From an uncultured Nitrososphaerota archaeon (lineage in GTDB: Archaea; Thermoproteota; Nitrososphaeria; Nitrososphaerales; Gagatemarchaeaceae): 64,000 bases of DNA. Location of the stretch: positions 576,001-640,000 of the forward strand of contig CAVRAG010000007.1 in assembly GCA_963718895.1 (NCBI GenBank). The letters are read 5' to 3'. The notes under the pieces are model-generated. The model worked only from the letters and a program-made list of their open reading frames with translations, was not told the DNA's origin and ran no database searches. The translations under genes and the position numbers were made by a program. Of the stretch, positions 20,368 through 31,807 are shown piece by piece (position 1 is the stretch's first letter; the number at the start of each line of letters is the position of its first letter).

Positions 20368-21348
20368 TTGAGAATCCTCACACTCACAGACGAGCAGGTG
20401 CTTTCCCTGGCAGATATCCGCGGAGCGGTCGACGAGCTGGAGAAGGTCTTCCTGCTCGTGCCCGGTGGCGGCGTCGAATCACCGATCCGGACGAGGTTCA
20501 GGATGACAGATGTGAGAAATGTGCTCCTAATGCCGTCCCTGATCAGGGAGAAGCGGGACACCCTAAGCCTCAAGCTGGTCAGCGTCTATCCGGACCTCGG
20601 CGGTGGCCTGCCCTCGACGCGGGCGGTGGTGCTGCTGGTGGACGGCAAGAACGGTGAACTCAAGTGCGTGATGGGAGGGACGAGCCTGACAGGCCTCAGG
20701 ACGGGGGCGGTCTCAGGTCTCTCCTGCAGGTACCTCGCGAGGAAGGACTCCGAGAGCCTTGCGATGCTCGGCGCAGGCGGGCAGGGGTTCTACCAGATCA
20801 GCGGGGTCGCGTCCCAGCTCGGCATCCGGAGAGTATCGGTCTTCGACATCGACAGGGGAAGGCAGAAGAGGCTGATCGAGAGGTGCCGGAACGAGCTGCA
20901 TCTCGAGACCGAAGCCAGCGAGACAGTCAGGGCCGCGACGAGCGGGGCGGACGTCATCGTCACAGCGACGACGGCCAAGGTTCCATTCCTTGATGCGGAC
21001 GACGTTCGCCCAGGGACTCACGTCGTAGCCATAGGGGCGTACACTCCGGAGTCGAGGGAGCTGGCTACGGGCCTCGTCTCGAGAGCCTCGCTCTACGTCG
21101 ACTCGGTCGATGCCGCGATGGAGGAGGCGGGGGACGTCTTGATACCTATGAGGGAGGGGGCGATCACGCAGGCTAGCATAAGGGGGGACCTTGCGGGGCT
21201 CGTCTCCGGCAGGGTGAAGGGGAGGTCGAGCGACTCCGAGATCACGGTATTCAAGGCGGTCGGGCTGGCCTTCGAGGACAACGCAGTCGGGTGGATGGTC
21301 TTCTCGCGGGCGATAAAGTCGGGAACTGGCGGATGGATCGAGATCTAG
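20368..21348 (+). CDS. Ornithine cyclodeaminase/mu-crystallin family (archaeal alanine dehydrogenase-like)
   Basis: KLVSV, LTGLRTGA, GAGGQ, FKAVGLAFED. Confidence 0.88.
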   Translation: MRILTLTDEQVLSLADIRGAVDELEKVFLLVPGGGVESPIRTRFRMTDVRNVLLMPSLIREKRDTLSLKLVSVYPDLGGGLPSTRAVVLLVDGKNGELKCVMGGTSLTGLRTGAVSGLSCRYLARKDSESLAMLGAGGQGFYQISGVASQLGIRRVSVFDIDRGRQKRLIERCRNELHLETEASETVRAATSGADVIVTATTAKVPFLDADDVRPGTHVVAIGAYTPESRELATGLVSRASLYVDSVDAAMEEAGDVLIPMREGAITQASIRGDLAGLVSGRVKGRSSDSEITVFKAVGLAFEDNAVGWMVFSRAIKSGTGGWIEI

Positions 21349-21517
21349 GTTGCCCGAATCACGGATCCGCTGAAGCCCCCCCCGCCCACCCATTCGCTCT
21401 GTCCGTGAGAGAGGAGCGACCCTTCGACCGGACGCCGGGGCGCGACGCCGGAATAGACTTAATTAATCCCGTGGAACGTTTAACCAGTCCCCTCCTAGGA
21501 GATTGAGTGGATCGTAG

Positions 21518-22075
21518 TTGGAGACAGCGGGAAAGGTCATCACCGAGCTCTTCATGCAGCGTGAGCGAGAGTTCCTGCTCTCTCCGGTCAGGGTACTGGC
21601 CAAGTCCTCGTTCGATGCGATGGACGTGGGTGACGTGGAGATTCCAAAGATGAAGTTGGGAGAAGCGGCCGAGATCCCCAGGTGGGTCGCCGAGGAGCTG
21701 GCCGAGCTGAGCATCGCGGAGATCCAGGAGGAACCTTTCGAGGGAGAGATCTTCAAGGCCCTGACGCGGGAGAAGATGCTCGGCTCTCCCCAGCTCTCGC
21801 CCCTCCACGCAAACTTCTACCTTAGGATGCGGAGAAGGCTCGCGACGATAAAGGCCGGGTCCGAGACCGGGAGGTACAGGAGGGAGGACTACGAGAAGCT
21901 GAAGGGCACCTGCTACGATCTCATCGGGCGAAGGCTAAGCAAGCTGCTCTCGATGAGCTCATCCTCGAGCCTGCAGACCATCGGGGACAAGATCACCCCG
22001 GAGGAGAGGGTCTTCTTCACAAAGTCCCGGTCCTTCTCAGACGAGTGGAAGGGCGCCCTTCTGGGGGAATCCTAG
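21518..22075 (+). CDS. GINS complex subunit (Gins23-like)
   Basis: EIPRWVAEEL B-domain, LHANFY; immediately upstream of mcm. Confidence 0.82.
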   Translation: METAGKVITELFMQREREFLLSPVRVLAKSSFDAMDVGDVEIPKMKLGEAAEIPRWVAEELAELSIAEIQEEPFEGEIFKALTREKMLGSPQLSPLHANFYLRMRRRLATIKAGSETGRYRREDYEKLKGTCYDLIGRRLSKLLSMSSSSSLQTIGDKITPEERVFFTKSRSFSDEWKGALLGES

Positions 22076-25000
22076 TTGGCCGTAATCACCCGCAAGCTCT
22101 CGGAGCTCTTTGAGGAGTTCCTCAGGACGTGGCAGGACAAGAGCGGGTCCTACAAGTACAGGGAGAGGATCGCCCAGCTAGCGGCTACCGGAGACAAGTC
22201 GGTCGTGGTCGACTACGAGGACATCATCCAGTTCAACACTGACCTTGGGGAGAGGCTGCTGTCGCAGCCCGACGAATCGCTCAAGGAGTTCAAGATGGCG
22301 GCGTTCGAGGTCCTCAGCACCGAGAACTCCTCGTACGCCGGTCAGGTGAAGAACGCGCTCACGGTCAGGATAAGGGGTATAACCGACAAGGTCTCCCTGC
22401 GCAAGGTGAACACCTCCCACCTCGACAAGATGATCGCGGTCGCAGGGATGGTCGTCAGGTCCTCCGAGCTCAGGCCTCTGCTGACGGACGGGGCCTTCGT
22501 CTGTCCCAACGGGCACGTCACGAAGGTGATTCAGGAGGGCGTCGTCATCAAGAGGCCGCTGAAGTGCGAGGGGTGCGAGGAGGTGAGGAACCTGGAGCTC
22601 GACGAGAAGAGGAGCACCTTCATCGACAGCCAGATCCTGAGGGTCCAGGAGCTCCCCGAGGAGCTGCCTCCGGGCCAGCTGCCGCGGTTCTTCGACGTGG
22701 ACGTCGTGGGAGACATCGTAAACACCGCGAGGCCGGGCGACAGGATCGTCCTCAGCGGGGTCGTCAGGGCGGAGATCGACATCACACCGGGGCAGGCCAG
22801 GACGAGGGTCTTCCACTCGAAGATCGACAGCAACCTGATAGAGGTCGCGGGCAAGGACCCGGGCCAGATACAGATCACGAAGGAGGACGAGTTCCTGATC
22901 AGGTCCGTCGCCGCGAACCCGGACGCCTACCAGAAGCTCATCAAGTCGGTCGCGCCGGCAATCCTCGGCCATGAGGCGGTTAAGGAGGCGATCCTCCTGC
23001 TCCTCGTAGGCGGCCCGCAGACAATACTCCCGGACGGGACGAAGCTGAGGGGGGACATCAACGTCTTCGTGGTCGGGGACCCGGGCGTCGCCAAGTCGGA
23101 GATGCTGAAGTTCGCAGCCCAGGTCGCCCCGAGAGGCATGTTCGCCTCGGGGAAGGGATCAACAGCCGCGGGGCTCTCGGCCGCAGTCATCCGGGAGAAG
23201 AACACGTTCATGCTGGAAGCAGGGGTGGTGGTTTTAGCTGATCAGGGGATAGCGTGTGTGACGGAGGATATGGAATTCTACACGGGACAGGAGCTCCTGT
23301 CTGCGGGAGAGCTATGGAAGCGTTGCGGAGGCAAGACATATCTCACAAAGTCCGGGCGTGAAGGCAAGGGGGGATACATCCCCGTGACCGCCTATGATAG
23401 CGCGAACCGGATTGACACGCCTTCGCTGGCCTTCTCAATGCTCCGGAAGAGACACCGCGGCCAGATCGTCAAGCTGACCCTCGCCTCTGGCCTCACTCTC
23501 GAGGTCACACCAGAGCACCTTCTGAGAAGGACCACGGCGTACAAGAACAAGTGGGTGCAAGCCGAATCGGTCAGGCCTGGGGACGAACTAAGGGCGCCCG
23601 TCAAGCTCTTCAGACCGGCGGCGACCCTGAACATATCTGCTGCAGAGAGCTACTCGATAGGGTGTGTCTACGGAGACGGCTGGTTGTCGAGAAATGCGAT
23701 AACCATCTCGCAGTCCAAAGTCGATGGAGACGTTATTCAGGCTGTGCAGCGAAACCTTCCCGACACATTTGCCTTTTATGACAAGGGCGAGAGACCCAGG
23801 GAAATCGGACGATACAAACTGATAGAGAGGTCAGTCCAACTGTACACTGCAAACCGCGATTTCGTCAGGCGTACGCATCTGCTCCTTCGTAGCCCATCCA
23901 CCGACAACACCCTGATGCTCGACGACTCGGCACTGTGGGCCTTTCTCGCCGGCGTCTTCGACACCGATGGAGATTTCAACAAGTCAAAGGGTAAGATTAC
24001 AGCCGCCAGAATCTACCCGACCAAATCCGAGCACGAACTAGCCGTCCTTCTCTACTGCCTGAGGCGACTGGGAGTATACGGGAGAATACATGGGATGCGC
24101 GATTCCATCCCTGTCATTCAGATTTCAGGTGGCGACATCACAAGGTTTATCGCCGGAATCAAGAGTTTCAGCGTCAAGGTGGCAAGGGAGGGGCCAGACT
24201 CGCTCCTGCTCGACCACAAGGGAATCAGGAGCCTTCGGAGGGGAGCCGAAAAAGTCGTGCACATCGAAAGAGAATCATATGACGGCTACGTCTACGACCT
24301 CAGTGTCGGCCGCTACCACAACTATGAATCCAGTCTGGTTTACATTCACAACTGCATAGACGAGTTCGATAAAATGAAGGAAGACGACCGCAGCGCCCTG
24401 CACGAGCAGATGGAACAGCAATCCTATCATCCCTCAACCGAAATTCTGCTGGCGGACGGAAGGAAAGTCAAGATCGGAGAGTTCGTCGAGGGCGCGTTCA
24501 GGGCGACCGGTGCAAGGACGGTCCAGGGCAGGGATTGTGAGGTCGCCGTTCTCGGGCGACCCGCCGACGTCTACTCAGCAGACCTGAACAACGGGAAGAT
24601 CTCAAGAGTGTCTATCGGCCGGGTCAGTCGCCATCGAGCTCCCTCCTCCTTCGTTAGGATAAGCTACTCCAACGGGAGGTCGGTTCTGGTGACCCCCGAG
24701 CACCCAGTCTTCGTCTACCGCGGAGACGGTCTAGCTACTTCGAGGGCGGATGCGCTGGAAGTCGGAGACTTCGCTCCAGCGCCTAGGCTCATTCCGAACT
24801 CTTCGGTCCCCGTGGTGCTTTCGAATCACGTAGGAACCAGGCTAAGCAAGGAGATAACGCAGCCTGCGACGCTCTCGCTCAAGACGGCTAGGATCCTCGG
24901 GTACCTGATTACCGAGGGGAATTTCTACGAAGGCTCCTCGGTCGAGGTTGACTTCACCAATCTGGACCCAAGGCTAATCGACGAGATGCGCGGCCTGATG

Positions 25001-26792
25001 CGCGACGAGTTCCAGATTTCTCCGACCCTCAGAAGATCAGAGGGCAGGGATCCGGGCCTCCGGTACGTCTCGAAGACCCTCCACGCTTGGCTCCGGTTGA
25101 ACTTCCCCGAGATGGTCCAGAAGGCCCGGCAGAAGAGGGCCCCGGCGAAGATCCTCGGAGCTTCGGTCGAGCACATCAACGCGTTCCTTGGCTCGGCTTT
25201 CCTCGGAGATGGTAGTGTCGAGTCTGAGGCCGTCTGCTATCGCACCGCCTCGGCTGGGCTGGCGGAAGACTACCAGGACCTCCTCCTAAAGCTCAGGGTG
25301 GCTTCGAGGATAAACTTCGATAGTTTCAACGACTCCTTCAAAGTCTACATTACGGGGGATTCGCTCGAGAGGTTCTTCACGATCATCGTGCACCCTCTCG
25401 ACCCGAGATTCACCACAATCAGGAAACTAGTCGAGAGGAGCAAGAGGAACAACAGGAAGCACGACGTGTTACCCACTGGCGTTGCAAGACTCTACATCTC
25501 TCTCCTCAAGCGGTTCGGCCTGAGATACAGCGGCGGGTTCCAGAGGCATCTCTCACTTGGGCACGGGATTACCGTCTCCGTGATGAGCAAGAACCTTGAA
25601 TCGATTGAAGAGCAGCGCGAGAACGTTCTTCGCGCGCTCGACGACAGCGCCTGTACCCTCCGCGAATTCCGCACCCGATCAGGATGGTCTCAGCAGCGGA
25701 TTGCAGACCTTGCAGGCATTCCACGTGGCGTCATCGACTATGCGGAGAGAGGCGGCTATCCTGAAGAGGAAAGGAGGAAGATTGTGGAGAATGCTCGAAT
25801 AGCACTCCGGCGCGAGTTTGCATCTGATGAGGCGATCTCCTACCTCAAGAACCTCATGGGACTGAGATTCCTCAGGGTCACAGGTGCCGAGCGCGTCGAC
25901 AACACAGGGCCTGACAAGGTCAATTGGGTATACGACGTCACCGTCGAGCCAAGCCACAACTTCGTCTCGGCAGCAACAATTCTCCACAACACGATAACGA
26001 TTGCCAAGGGGGGAATCTACGCGACGCTCAACGCCCGGACCTCCATCCTTGCGGCTGCCAACCCGATATTCGGCAAGTACGACCCGTACAAGAACCTGAC
26101 CGATAACATCACGCTCCCCATCCCCCTCCTAACTAGGTTCGATCTGATATTCGTGGTCAAGGACACCCCGACGCCCGCTCAGGACGAGAAGCTCGCCACC
26201 CACATCCTTGACGTGCACAGGAAGAGGGGGTACACGGACCCGCCTCCCGTCCAGTTCGACCTGCTGAAGAAGTACCTCACCTACGCCAAGAAAATCTCCC
26301 CGACCCTCACCATGGAGGCCCAGAACCGCCTGAAGGAGTACTACCTCCAGCTCAGGAGGTCCGTGGCCGAGGGGCAGATAGGGGCGACCCCGAGGACGCT
26401 CGAGTCGCTGATCCGGCTCGCCAGCGCCAAGGCCAGGCTCATGCTCAGGGACATCGTCCTCGAGGAGGACGCGCTCGACGGCCATCTCGCTCATGAACAG
26501 GATGGTCGAGGACGTCCTCACAGACACGGAGACCAAGACCAAGGCGGACTTCGGCATACTCCTCGGGCAGCCCGCCGGCGAGAGGGGGAAGCTCTCGACC
26601 TCGATGGAGATCTTCAGGACCATGGAAGGTCAGGACAAAAAGCCCGTCGAGCTCAAGCTCTTCAGGGACGAGCTCGTCAAGAGCGGAAGGTTCAAGGGAG
26701 ACGACGAGATCGACAAGATGATCCAGAAGCTCATCAAGGAGGGGATAATCTGGGAGAACAAGCCCGGGTTCTACAGGCGCGTCCAGGCCTAG
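22076..26792 (+). CDS. mcm: MCM replicative helicase with two inteins; 1-nt frameshift near 26475
   Basis: Zn finger, QELPE, GDPGVAKS, CIDEFDKM, NARTSILAAANP, RFDL, TPRTLES. Confidence 0.97.
23255..24352 (+). mobile_element. Intein 1 in MCM (366 aa) with LAGLIDADG endonuclease
   Basis: ADQGIA|CVTED...TPEH...IGCVYGDG...FLAGVFDTDG...VYDLSV...IHN|CIDE. Confidence 0.95.
24422..25990 (+). mobile_element. Intein 2 in MCM (523 aa, Ser1) with LAGLIDADG endonuclease and HTH
   Basis: MEQQ|SYHP...VTPEHP...LGYLITEG...FLGSAFLGDG...VYDVTV...LHN|TITIAKGG. Confidence 0.95.
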
Positions 26793-26806
26793 AGTAGGCG
26801 AGCCCC

Positions 26807-28945
26807 ATGAAGTTCGAAGAACTGGCCCTCCCCAGCGAGTTCTCGGTCTTTCTAGCCGAAGAGGGGTTCGTCGAGCTCTATCCGCCCCAGGAGGCCGCGG
26901 TCAAGGCTGGACTGCTGGAGGGGAAGAGCCTCGTCATATCCTCTCCGACCGCGAGCGGGAAGACGCTCATCGCGATGATGGCCGCCTACAAGAAGCTCAA
27001 GGAGGGGAGGAAGGTGGTCTACCTCAGTCCTCTGCGAGCCCTGGCCTCGGAGAAGTACGCCGAATTCAGGAAGCTCGAGCGGTTCGGGATTCGCTGCGCC
27101 ATAGCGACGGGAGACTTCGACGGGAGCGGCGAGGTCCTCGGGAAGTTCGACTTCCTCATCCTCACGAACGAGAAGTTCGACTCGATACTCCGGCACGGAG
27201 TGAGCTGGCTCCGCTCCGTCGGGCTCTTCATCTCCGACGAGGTCCACCTCGCGGGCAGCGGGGACCGGGGCCCGACCCTCGAGATGATCCTGACCAAGGT
27301 AATCCACCTCGGCCTGGACGCGCAGCTCATCTCGCTCTCCGCCACGATAAGCAACGCCGACGAGATCGCCGCGTGGCTCAGGTCGGACCTGGTCGCCGTC
27401 GACTGGAGGCCGGTGCCGCTGAGAGAGGGCGTCTACGACTACGGGAGGATCGTCTTCCATCCAGAGGGCGAGGTCGCGCTGTTGAGGTCGAACCAAGGGG
27501 CGCCAGTAGATGTGGCCATCGACTCGGTCAAGGGCGGAGGCCAATCCCTAATCTTCGCCGGGACGAGGCGGCGCGCGGTCAGCCTAGCCACAAAGGGGTC
27601 TGAGCTGACGCTGAGGTTTCTCAGCGAGGCGGAGAAGAGCCTCTGCCGAGAGGCCGCTTCAAGGATCCGCGAGAGCGGGGAGGAGACCGGGCTAAGCAGG
27701 CTGCTCGCGGAGATAGTCGAGAGGGGCTCTGCCTTCCATCATGCGGGCCTGTCCTACGAACACAGGAAGATAATCGAGGATTACTACCGCATGAGGGCCA
27801 TAAAGATTCTCTCGAGCACGCCCACGCTGGCGGCAGGGGTCAATCTACCCGCGAGGAGGGTGGTCGTCGCGGACCTGAGCAGGTACGACGGCGAGACCGG
27901 CATGAACGCCATGATCTCGGTCCTGGACTACAGGCAGATGGCGGGTCGGGCAGGGAGGCCGCAGTATGACGACCACGGCGAGACCGTCATCGTCCCTCCG
28001 TCCACCTACGTCCCGGAGGACGTCCTCAAGCACTTCACGGAGACCGAGCCGGAGCCGATCGAGTCGAGGCTGGGAGGCGAGAGGGGGATGCGGGTCCACC
28101 TGCTCGCGGCGATAGCCAGCAGCTTCGGGTCGTCGAGGGTGGACATCGAGGCGCTCTTCTCCAAGACCCTGCTCGCAGCCCAGATCGGGAGCGAGAGGGT
28201 GAGCAGGCACATCGACACCGCGCTCGGGTACCTCCTGAGCGAGCAGCTCGTCGTCGAGAAGGGAGGCCTCTTCCAGGCCACTGGCTTCGGGAAGAGGGTC
28301 TCGACGCTCTACATCGACCCGATGACAGGGGTCCTCTTCAAGAAGAACATGGCCGCCGTGGGGAGGTCGGAGGACCACACCCTGGCTCTCCTACATCTGG
28401 TCACGAGGAGCCCGGACTTTGAGCCGAAGTTCCCCCTCCGCGAGAAGCAGTACGACCAGGCCTACGAGTTCCTCGACTCCCATCGCGGGGCATTCGTGAC
28501 CGGAGGCGAGCCAGGATCGAGGCTCGACCTAGACGACCTCCTCCAGGAGATGCGGACGATAATGGTCATCGACTCCTGGATTCAAGAGTGGAGGGACGAC
28601 GCGATACTCGAGAAGCTCGGAGTCGAGCCGGGAGACCTTCACAGGGCGGTCGAGAACGCGGACTGGCTCCTGTACTGCCTGTCGGAACTGGCCCGCCTCT
28701 ACAGCAAGTTCGAGCTCATCAAGGAGGCGGAATTCCTACGCAGGAGGGTCCAGAGCGGGATAAGGGCCGAGCTCGTCGAGCTCACGAGGCTCGACGGGAT
28801 CGGGAGGGCGCGGGCCCGCTCTCTCTACTCCGCCGGCTTCACGACACTGAAGTCCATCCGGGATGCGAGCGAGGAGAAGCTCGCCAGGGTCGAGAAGATC
28901 GGACCGACGGTGGCCAGGAAGATAAAGGAACAGGCCGTGAGATGA
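26807..28945 (+). CDS. hel308: Hel308/Hjm SF2 DNA helicase
   Basis: PTASGKT, DEVH, RPVPL, FHHAGL, TPTLAAGVNLPA, QMAGRAGRP, C-terminal HhH. Confidence 0.95.
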   Translation: MKFEELALPSEFSVFLAEEGFVELYPPQEAAVKAGLLEGKSLVISSPTASGKTLIAMMAAYKKLKEGRKVVYLSPLRALASEKYAEFRKLERFGIRCAIATGDFDGSGEVLGKFDFLILTNEKFDSILRHGVSWLRSVGLFISDEVHLAGSGDRGPTLEMILTKVIHLGLDAQLISLSATISNADEIAAWLRSDLVAVDWRPVPLREGVYDYGRIVFHPEGEVALLRSNQGAPVDVAIDSVKGGGQSLIFAGTRRRAVSLATKGSELTLRFLSEAEKSLCREAASRIRESGEETGLSRLLAEIVERGSAFHHAGLSYEHRKIIEDYYRMRAIKILSSTPTLAAGVNLPARRVVVADLSRYDGETGMNAMISVLDYRQMAGRAGRPQYDDHGETVIVPPSTYVPEDVLKHFTETEPEPIESRLGGERGMRVHLLAAIASSFGSSRVDIEALFSKTLLAAQIGSERVSRHIDTALGYLLSEQLVVEKGGLFQATGFGKRVSTLYIDPMTGVLFKKNMAAVGRSEDHTLALLHLVTRSPDFEPKFPLREKQYDQAYEFLDSHRGAFVTGGEPGSRLDLDDLLQEMRTIMVIDSWIQEWRDDAILEKLGVEPGDLHRAVENADWLLYCLSELARLYSKFELIKEAEFLRRRVQSGIRAELVELTRLDGIGRARARSLYSAGFTTLKSIRDASEEKLARVEKIGPTVARKIKEQAVR

Positions 28946-30153
28946 GGACCAACGGGTTCGCGCTCTTCAGGGGACCCGGCGCAGGGGCGAGGGCCGAGCG
29001 CGCCGCGGCCCGGGTCGACAGGTACAACAGAGCCATCGTGACGAGTCCGGACCACACCTTCGGGACGACCGACGCACGCGGAAGGGAGGTGGAGGCCTGC
29101 TTTGTGGCGTACTCCCTCGAGGAGGGGGAAGGCCTCCCGCTCGTTCATGGCTTCGCCGAGAACCCGGGGGCCCTCTGGCGGGGAGAAGCGGTGGGCGAGT
29201 TCGCCTACGTGACAGAGGAGGAGGGGCGCGTCCTCGCAGGCAGGGACTCGATGGGAACGAGGGCGCTCTACTCCGACGCGGGCTTCACCTGCGTGGCGAG
29301 CGACCATCGCTTCTTCCCCCTGACACCGGTCCTGTTCCCTCGCGGCGCCAGGATAGACGTTGGTTCGGGGGAACAGGCCCTGCCGCCCCGCGCCCTGCAG
29401 GCACCGGCTGTACAAGAGATGGAGGAGGCCGTGAAGACCCTCTGCGGCCTGCTGGAGCGGTCGGTCGCACGCAGAGTGAAGGGCTGGAGGAAGGTCGCCG
29501 TCTCCTTCTCGGGAGGGCTGGACAGCTCTCTCATCGCTCTGCTCGCCGCGAAGAGCGCCGAGGTCGTCCTCTGCAGCGCATACACAGAGAGGTCGAGCGA
29601 CCAGGTGTACACCGTCAAGGCGGCCGAGAGGCTCGGGCTGGAGCACCTCGGAACCGTGATCGGGCCAGACGACGCGGCGCGGGAGGTCCGTGCAATGGAT
29701 CTCCCCTTTGAGCCGGGACCGATGGACAAGGCTCTCTGGTGCCTCTATTCCACCACCAGCCGGATGGGGGCCGAGAACGGGGCCCCTGTCATCCTTCTCG
29801 GGCAGCTGGCCGACGAACTCTTCGGCGGCTACATGAAGTACGCCCTGCGGGCCCGTGAGAGCGAGGCGTCCGCGGTTCGGATGATGGAAAGTGACGTCGC
29901 CGCGTCGGCAGAGAGAGCGTTCGTCAGGGACGAGCTGGCGTGCGCCAGGTTCGCCGAAGTCAGGCTCCCCTTCGCCGACCAGGACGTCGCGGACTTCGCT
30001 CTGGCGGCCCCTCTCTCCTACAAAATCAAAGGGACGGAGAGGAAGGCTGTGCTCAGGGCGGCCGCGTCGATGCTCGGACTCCCTGAGGAGCTCGTCAGGG
30101 CTCCGAAGAAGGCGGCCCAGTACAGCACCGGCCTCACCAAGCTCTTCAGCTGA
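28942..30153 (+). CDS. Asparagine synthase-like PP-loop protein
   Basis: RDSMGTRALY, SFSGGLDSS, GQLADELFGGY, PKKAAQYSTG. Confidence 0.8.
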   Translation: MRTNGFALFRGPGAGARAERAAARVDRYNRAIVTSPDHTFGTTDARGREVEACFVAYSLEEGEGLPLVHGFAENPGALWRGEAVGEFAYVTEEEGRVLAGRDSMGTRALYSDAGFTCVASDHRFFPLTPVLFPRGARIDVGSGEQALPPRALQAPAVQEMEEAVKTLCGLLERSVARRVKGWRKVAVSFSGGLDSSLIALLAAKSAEVVLCSAYTERSSDQVYTVKAAERLGLEHLGTVIGPDDAAREVRAMDLPFEPGPMDKALWCLYSTTSRMGAENGAPVILLGQLADELFGGYMKYALRARESEASAVRMMESDVAASAERAFVRDELACARFAEVRLPFADQDVADFALAAPLSYKIKGTERKAVLRAAASMLGLPEELVRAPKKAAQYSTGLTKLFS

Positions 30154-30203
30154 GGCGGTCGCAAGAGTTTTACTCGGGAACGACCGACTGTCGCCAGCTG
30201 CCC

Positions 30204-30746
30204 TTGGACCCTGGATCTTCCGGGACGTACATCCCCTCCGACGACACCACGCTACTGATTCGGGCCCTTTCAGCGATCAGGGGTGCGAAGTTCCTCGAGA
30301 TAGGCTTCGGGAGCGGCGCCGTGCTCCAGACCCTGCCTCCCAGGTTCTCCATGGTGGTCGGGACGGATGTCACCACCCTGGACCAGGCCCGGGCCGCCAG
30401 GGGCTCGGCCGAGGTCGTTCTGGCCGACAGGGCGAGCTGCTTCAGGGACGGGACCTTCGATGTGGTGGCGTTCAATCCTCCCTACCTGCCCTCCGGACCT
30501 GTCTGGGACCCGACGGTGGACGGTGGACGGGGAGGGGTGGAGGTCCCGATTCGGTTCCTCGACGACGCGCTCAGGGTCGTGACGGCCGAAGGCAAAATCC
30601 TCGTCCTCCTCTCCGACCACGGAGACCTTGAGGGGTTCGTCTCCCACTGCCACGGCATGGGCCTCTCGGTCCGCGAAGCAGAGAGAACAAGGCTGTTCTA
30701 CGAGTCGCTGGTCGTCTACGAGATCAGGAGAAGAGTGGAGGGCTAG
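30204..30746 (+). CDS. HemK2/N6AMT1-type methyltransferase
   Basis: YIPSDDT, LEIGFGSG, FNPPYLP, GGRGG. Confidence 0.88.
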   Translation: MDPGSSGTYIPSDDTTLLIRALSAIRGAKFLEIGFGSGAVLQTLPPRFSMVVGTDVTTLDQARAARGSAEVVLADRASCFRDGTFDVVAFNPPYLPSGPVWDPTVDGGRGGVEVPIRFLDDALRVVTAEGKILVLLSDHGDLEGFVSHCHGMGLSVREAERTRLFYESLVVYEIRRRVEG

Positions 30747-31792
30747 CCGAGACCCATCACATTGACAGGCGCGCCCGTGTTCGCATCGAGGATCAAGACG
30801 ATGTCCTGTCCCTTGTGGGTGTACTTGGCGAACCAGATCGGTGCGTGCAGAAGCTCTGCGTCCCCAATATCCAGGTCTGTGTTCAGCTGTTGAATCATGT
30901 GGTACTGGGAGTGAGCCTTCTCAGACTGCACCTGAGAGACGAAGGTCCTCGCCTGGTTCTTGGCGTCGTCCTCTCCGATGTCGCCGTTGAGGACGGGTAT
31001 CCCCTTGGGGACCTTGGTCAGGTCGAACAGCGTCCTCTCGGCGAGGTTGAACGAGTAGTTCCTAGGCTGGTATTCGCTGAGGGCCTTTAGGGCGACGACA
31101 GGGAATTCATAGTTGTTGTCAAGCTCTGCGGTCTTACGGTCGCCACCTCCGCCGCCCATCATGCCGAACCCGCCAAACATCATCCCCAGGCGGCCCGCGC
31201 CGCCCAATCCAAGGTTGAACACCAACCCGGACCACAGGGACGGTGCCAAGGGGAACGACCTCCGGAAACCGCCGGTCATGACTGCGAAGAGTGCCGCGGT
31301 CGTCGCGACGTTGGCTGCCTCCATCCCCATGCTTGTGGCCACAATCGAGGTCCGGGCCGAGACCGGGACGATCCAGTAAGGGACGAGGGAGAGGTTCATG
31401 TCGACCAGGGTCGAGCTCTCCTGCAGGTGCCGGTGCATCAGCCCCTGGTCCATGAGCTGATGTATTCGCGCGGTCATCTGGTCCTTGTCTGTGTACTTCG
31501 CGGGGAGCATGGTCTGCTTTTGAATGCTCGACCATCCGTCGTTGCCGAGGGTAATCCCGCTACCGCAGTATTCGCACGTTATGACCATCTCACCGAACTT
31601 CGGGGAGATCGGGGCTCCGCAGTTTGGGCACTTCATCGAAGTAGCACCCATGGGCGCGATAACGGGGGCCTTGGGAGCAGCCTGAGCCTGCGTCTGGCCT
31701 GCCGACCCGGCGGGGTTGACGGTCGCGCCGCACTTGATGCAGTACACCGCGTCATCGGGGAGTTGGGTCCCGCACCTAGGACAGTATACCAT
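30743..31792 (-). CDS. Zinc-ribbon protein with hydrophobic Gly-rich insert (YdjG-like)
   Basis: CPRCG..CIKCG, CPNCG..CEYCG, VPYW, LLHAPIW. Confidence 0.7.
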   Translation of the reverse strand: MVYCPRCGTQLPDDAVYCIKCGATVNPAGSAGQTQAQAAPKAPVIAPMGATSMKCPNCGAPISPKFGEMVITCEYCGSGITLGNDGWSSIQKQTMLPAKYTDKDQMTARIHQLMDQGLMHRHLQESSTLVDMNLSLVPYWIVPVSARTSIVATSMGMEAANVATTAALFAVMTGGFRRSFPLAPSLWSGLVFNLGLGGAGRLGMMFGGFGMMGGGGGDRKTAELDNNYEFPVVALKALSEYQPRNYSFNLAERTLFDLTKVPKGIPVLNGDIGEDDAKNQARTFVSQVQSEKAHSQYHMIQQLNTDLDIGDAELLHAPIWFAKYTHKGQDIVLILDANTGAPVNVMGLG

Positions 31793-31807
31793 CTCTCAGC
31801 AACGACC

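Noticed and set aside
21349-21517. ORB-like TCCCGTGGAAC and small stems upstream of GINS-mcm
   Set aside because: Single weak match between promoter-like AT boxes; short stems are expected by chance at this GC content.
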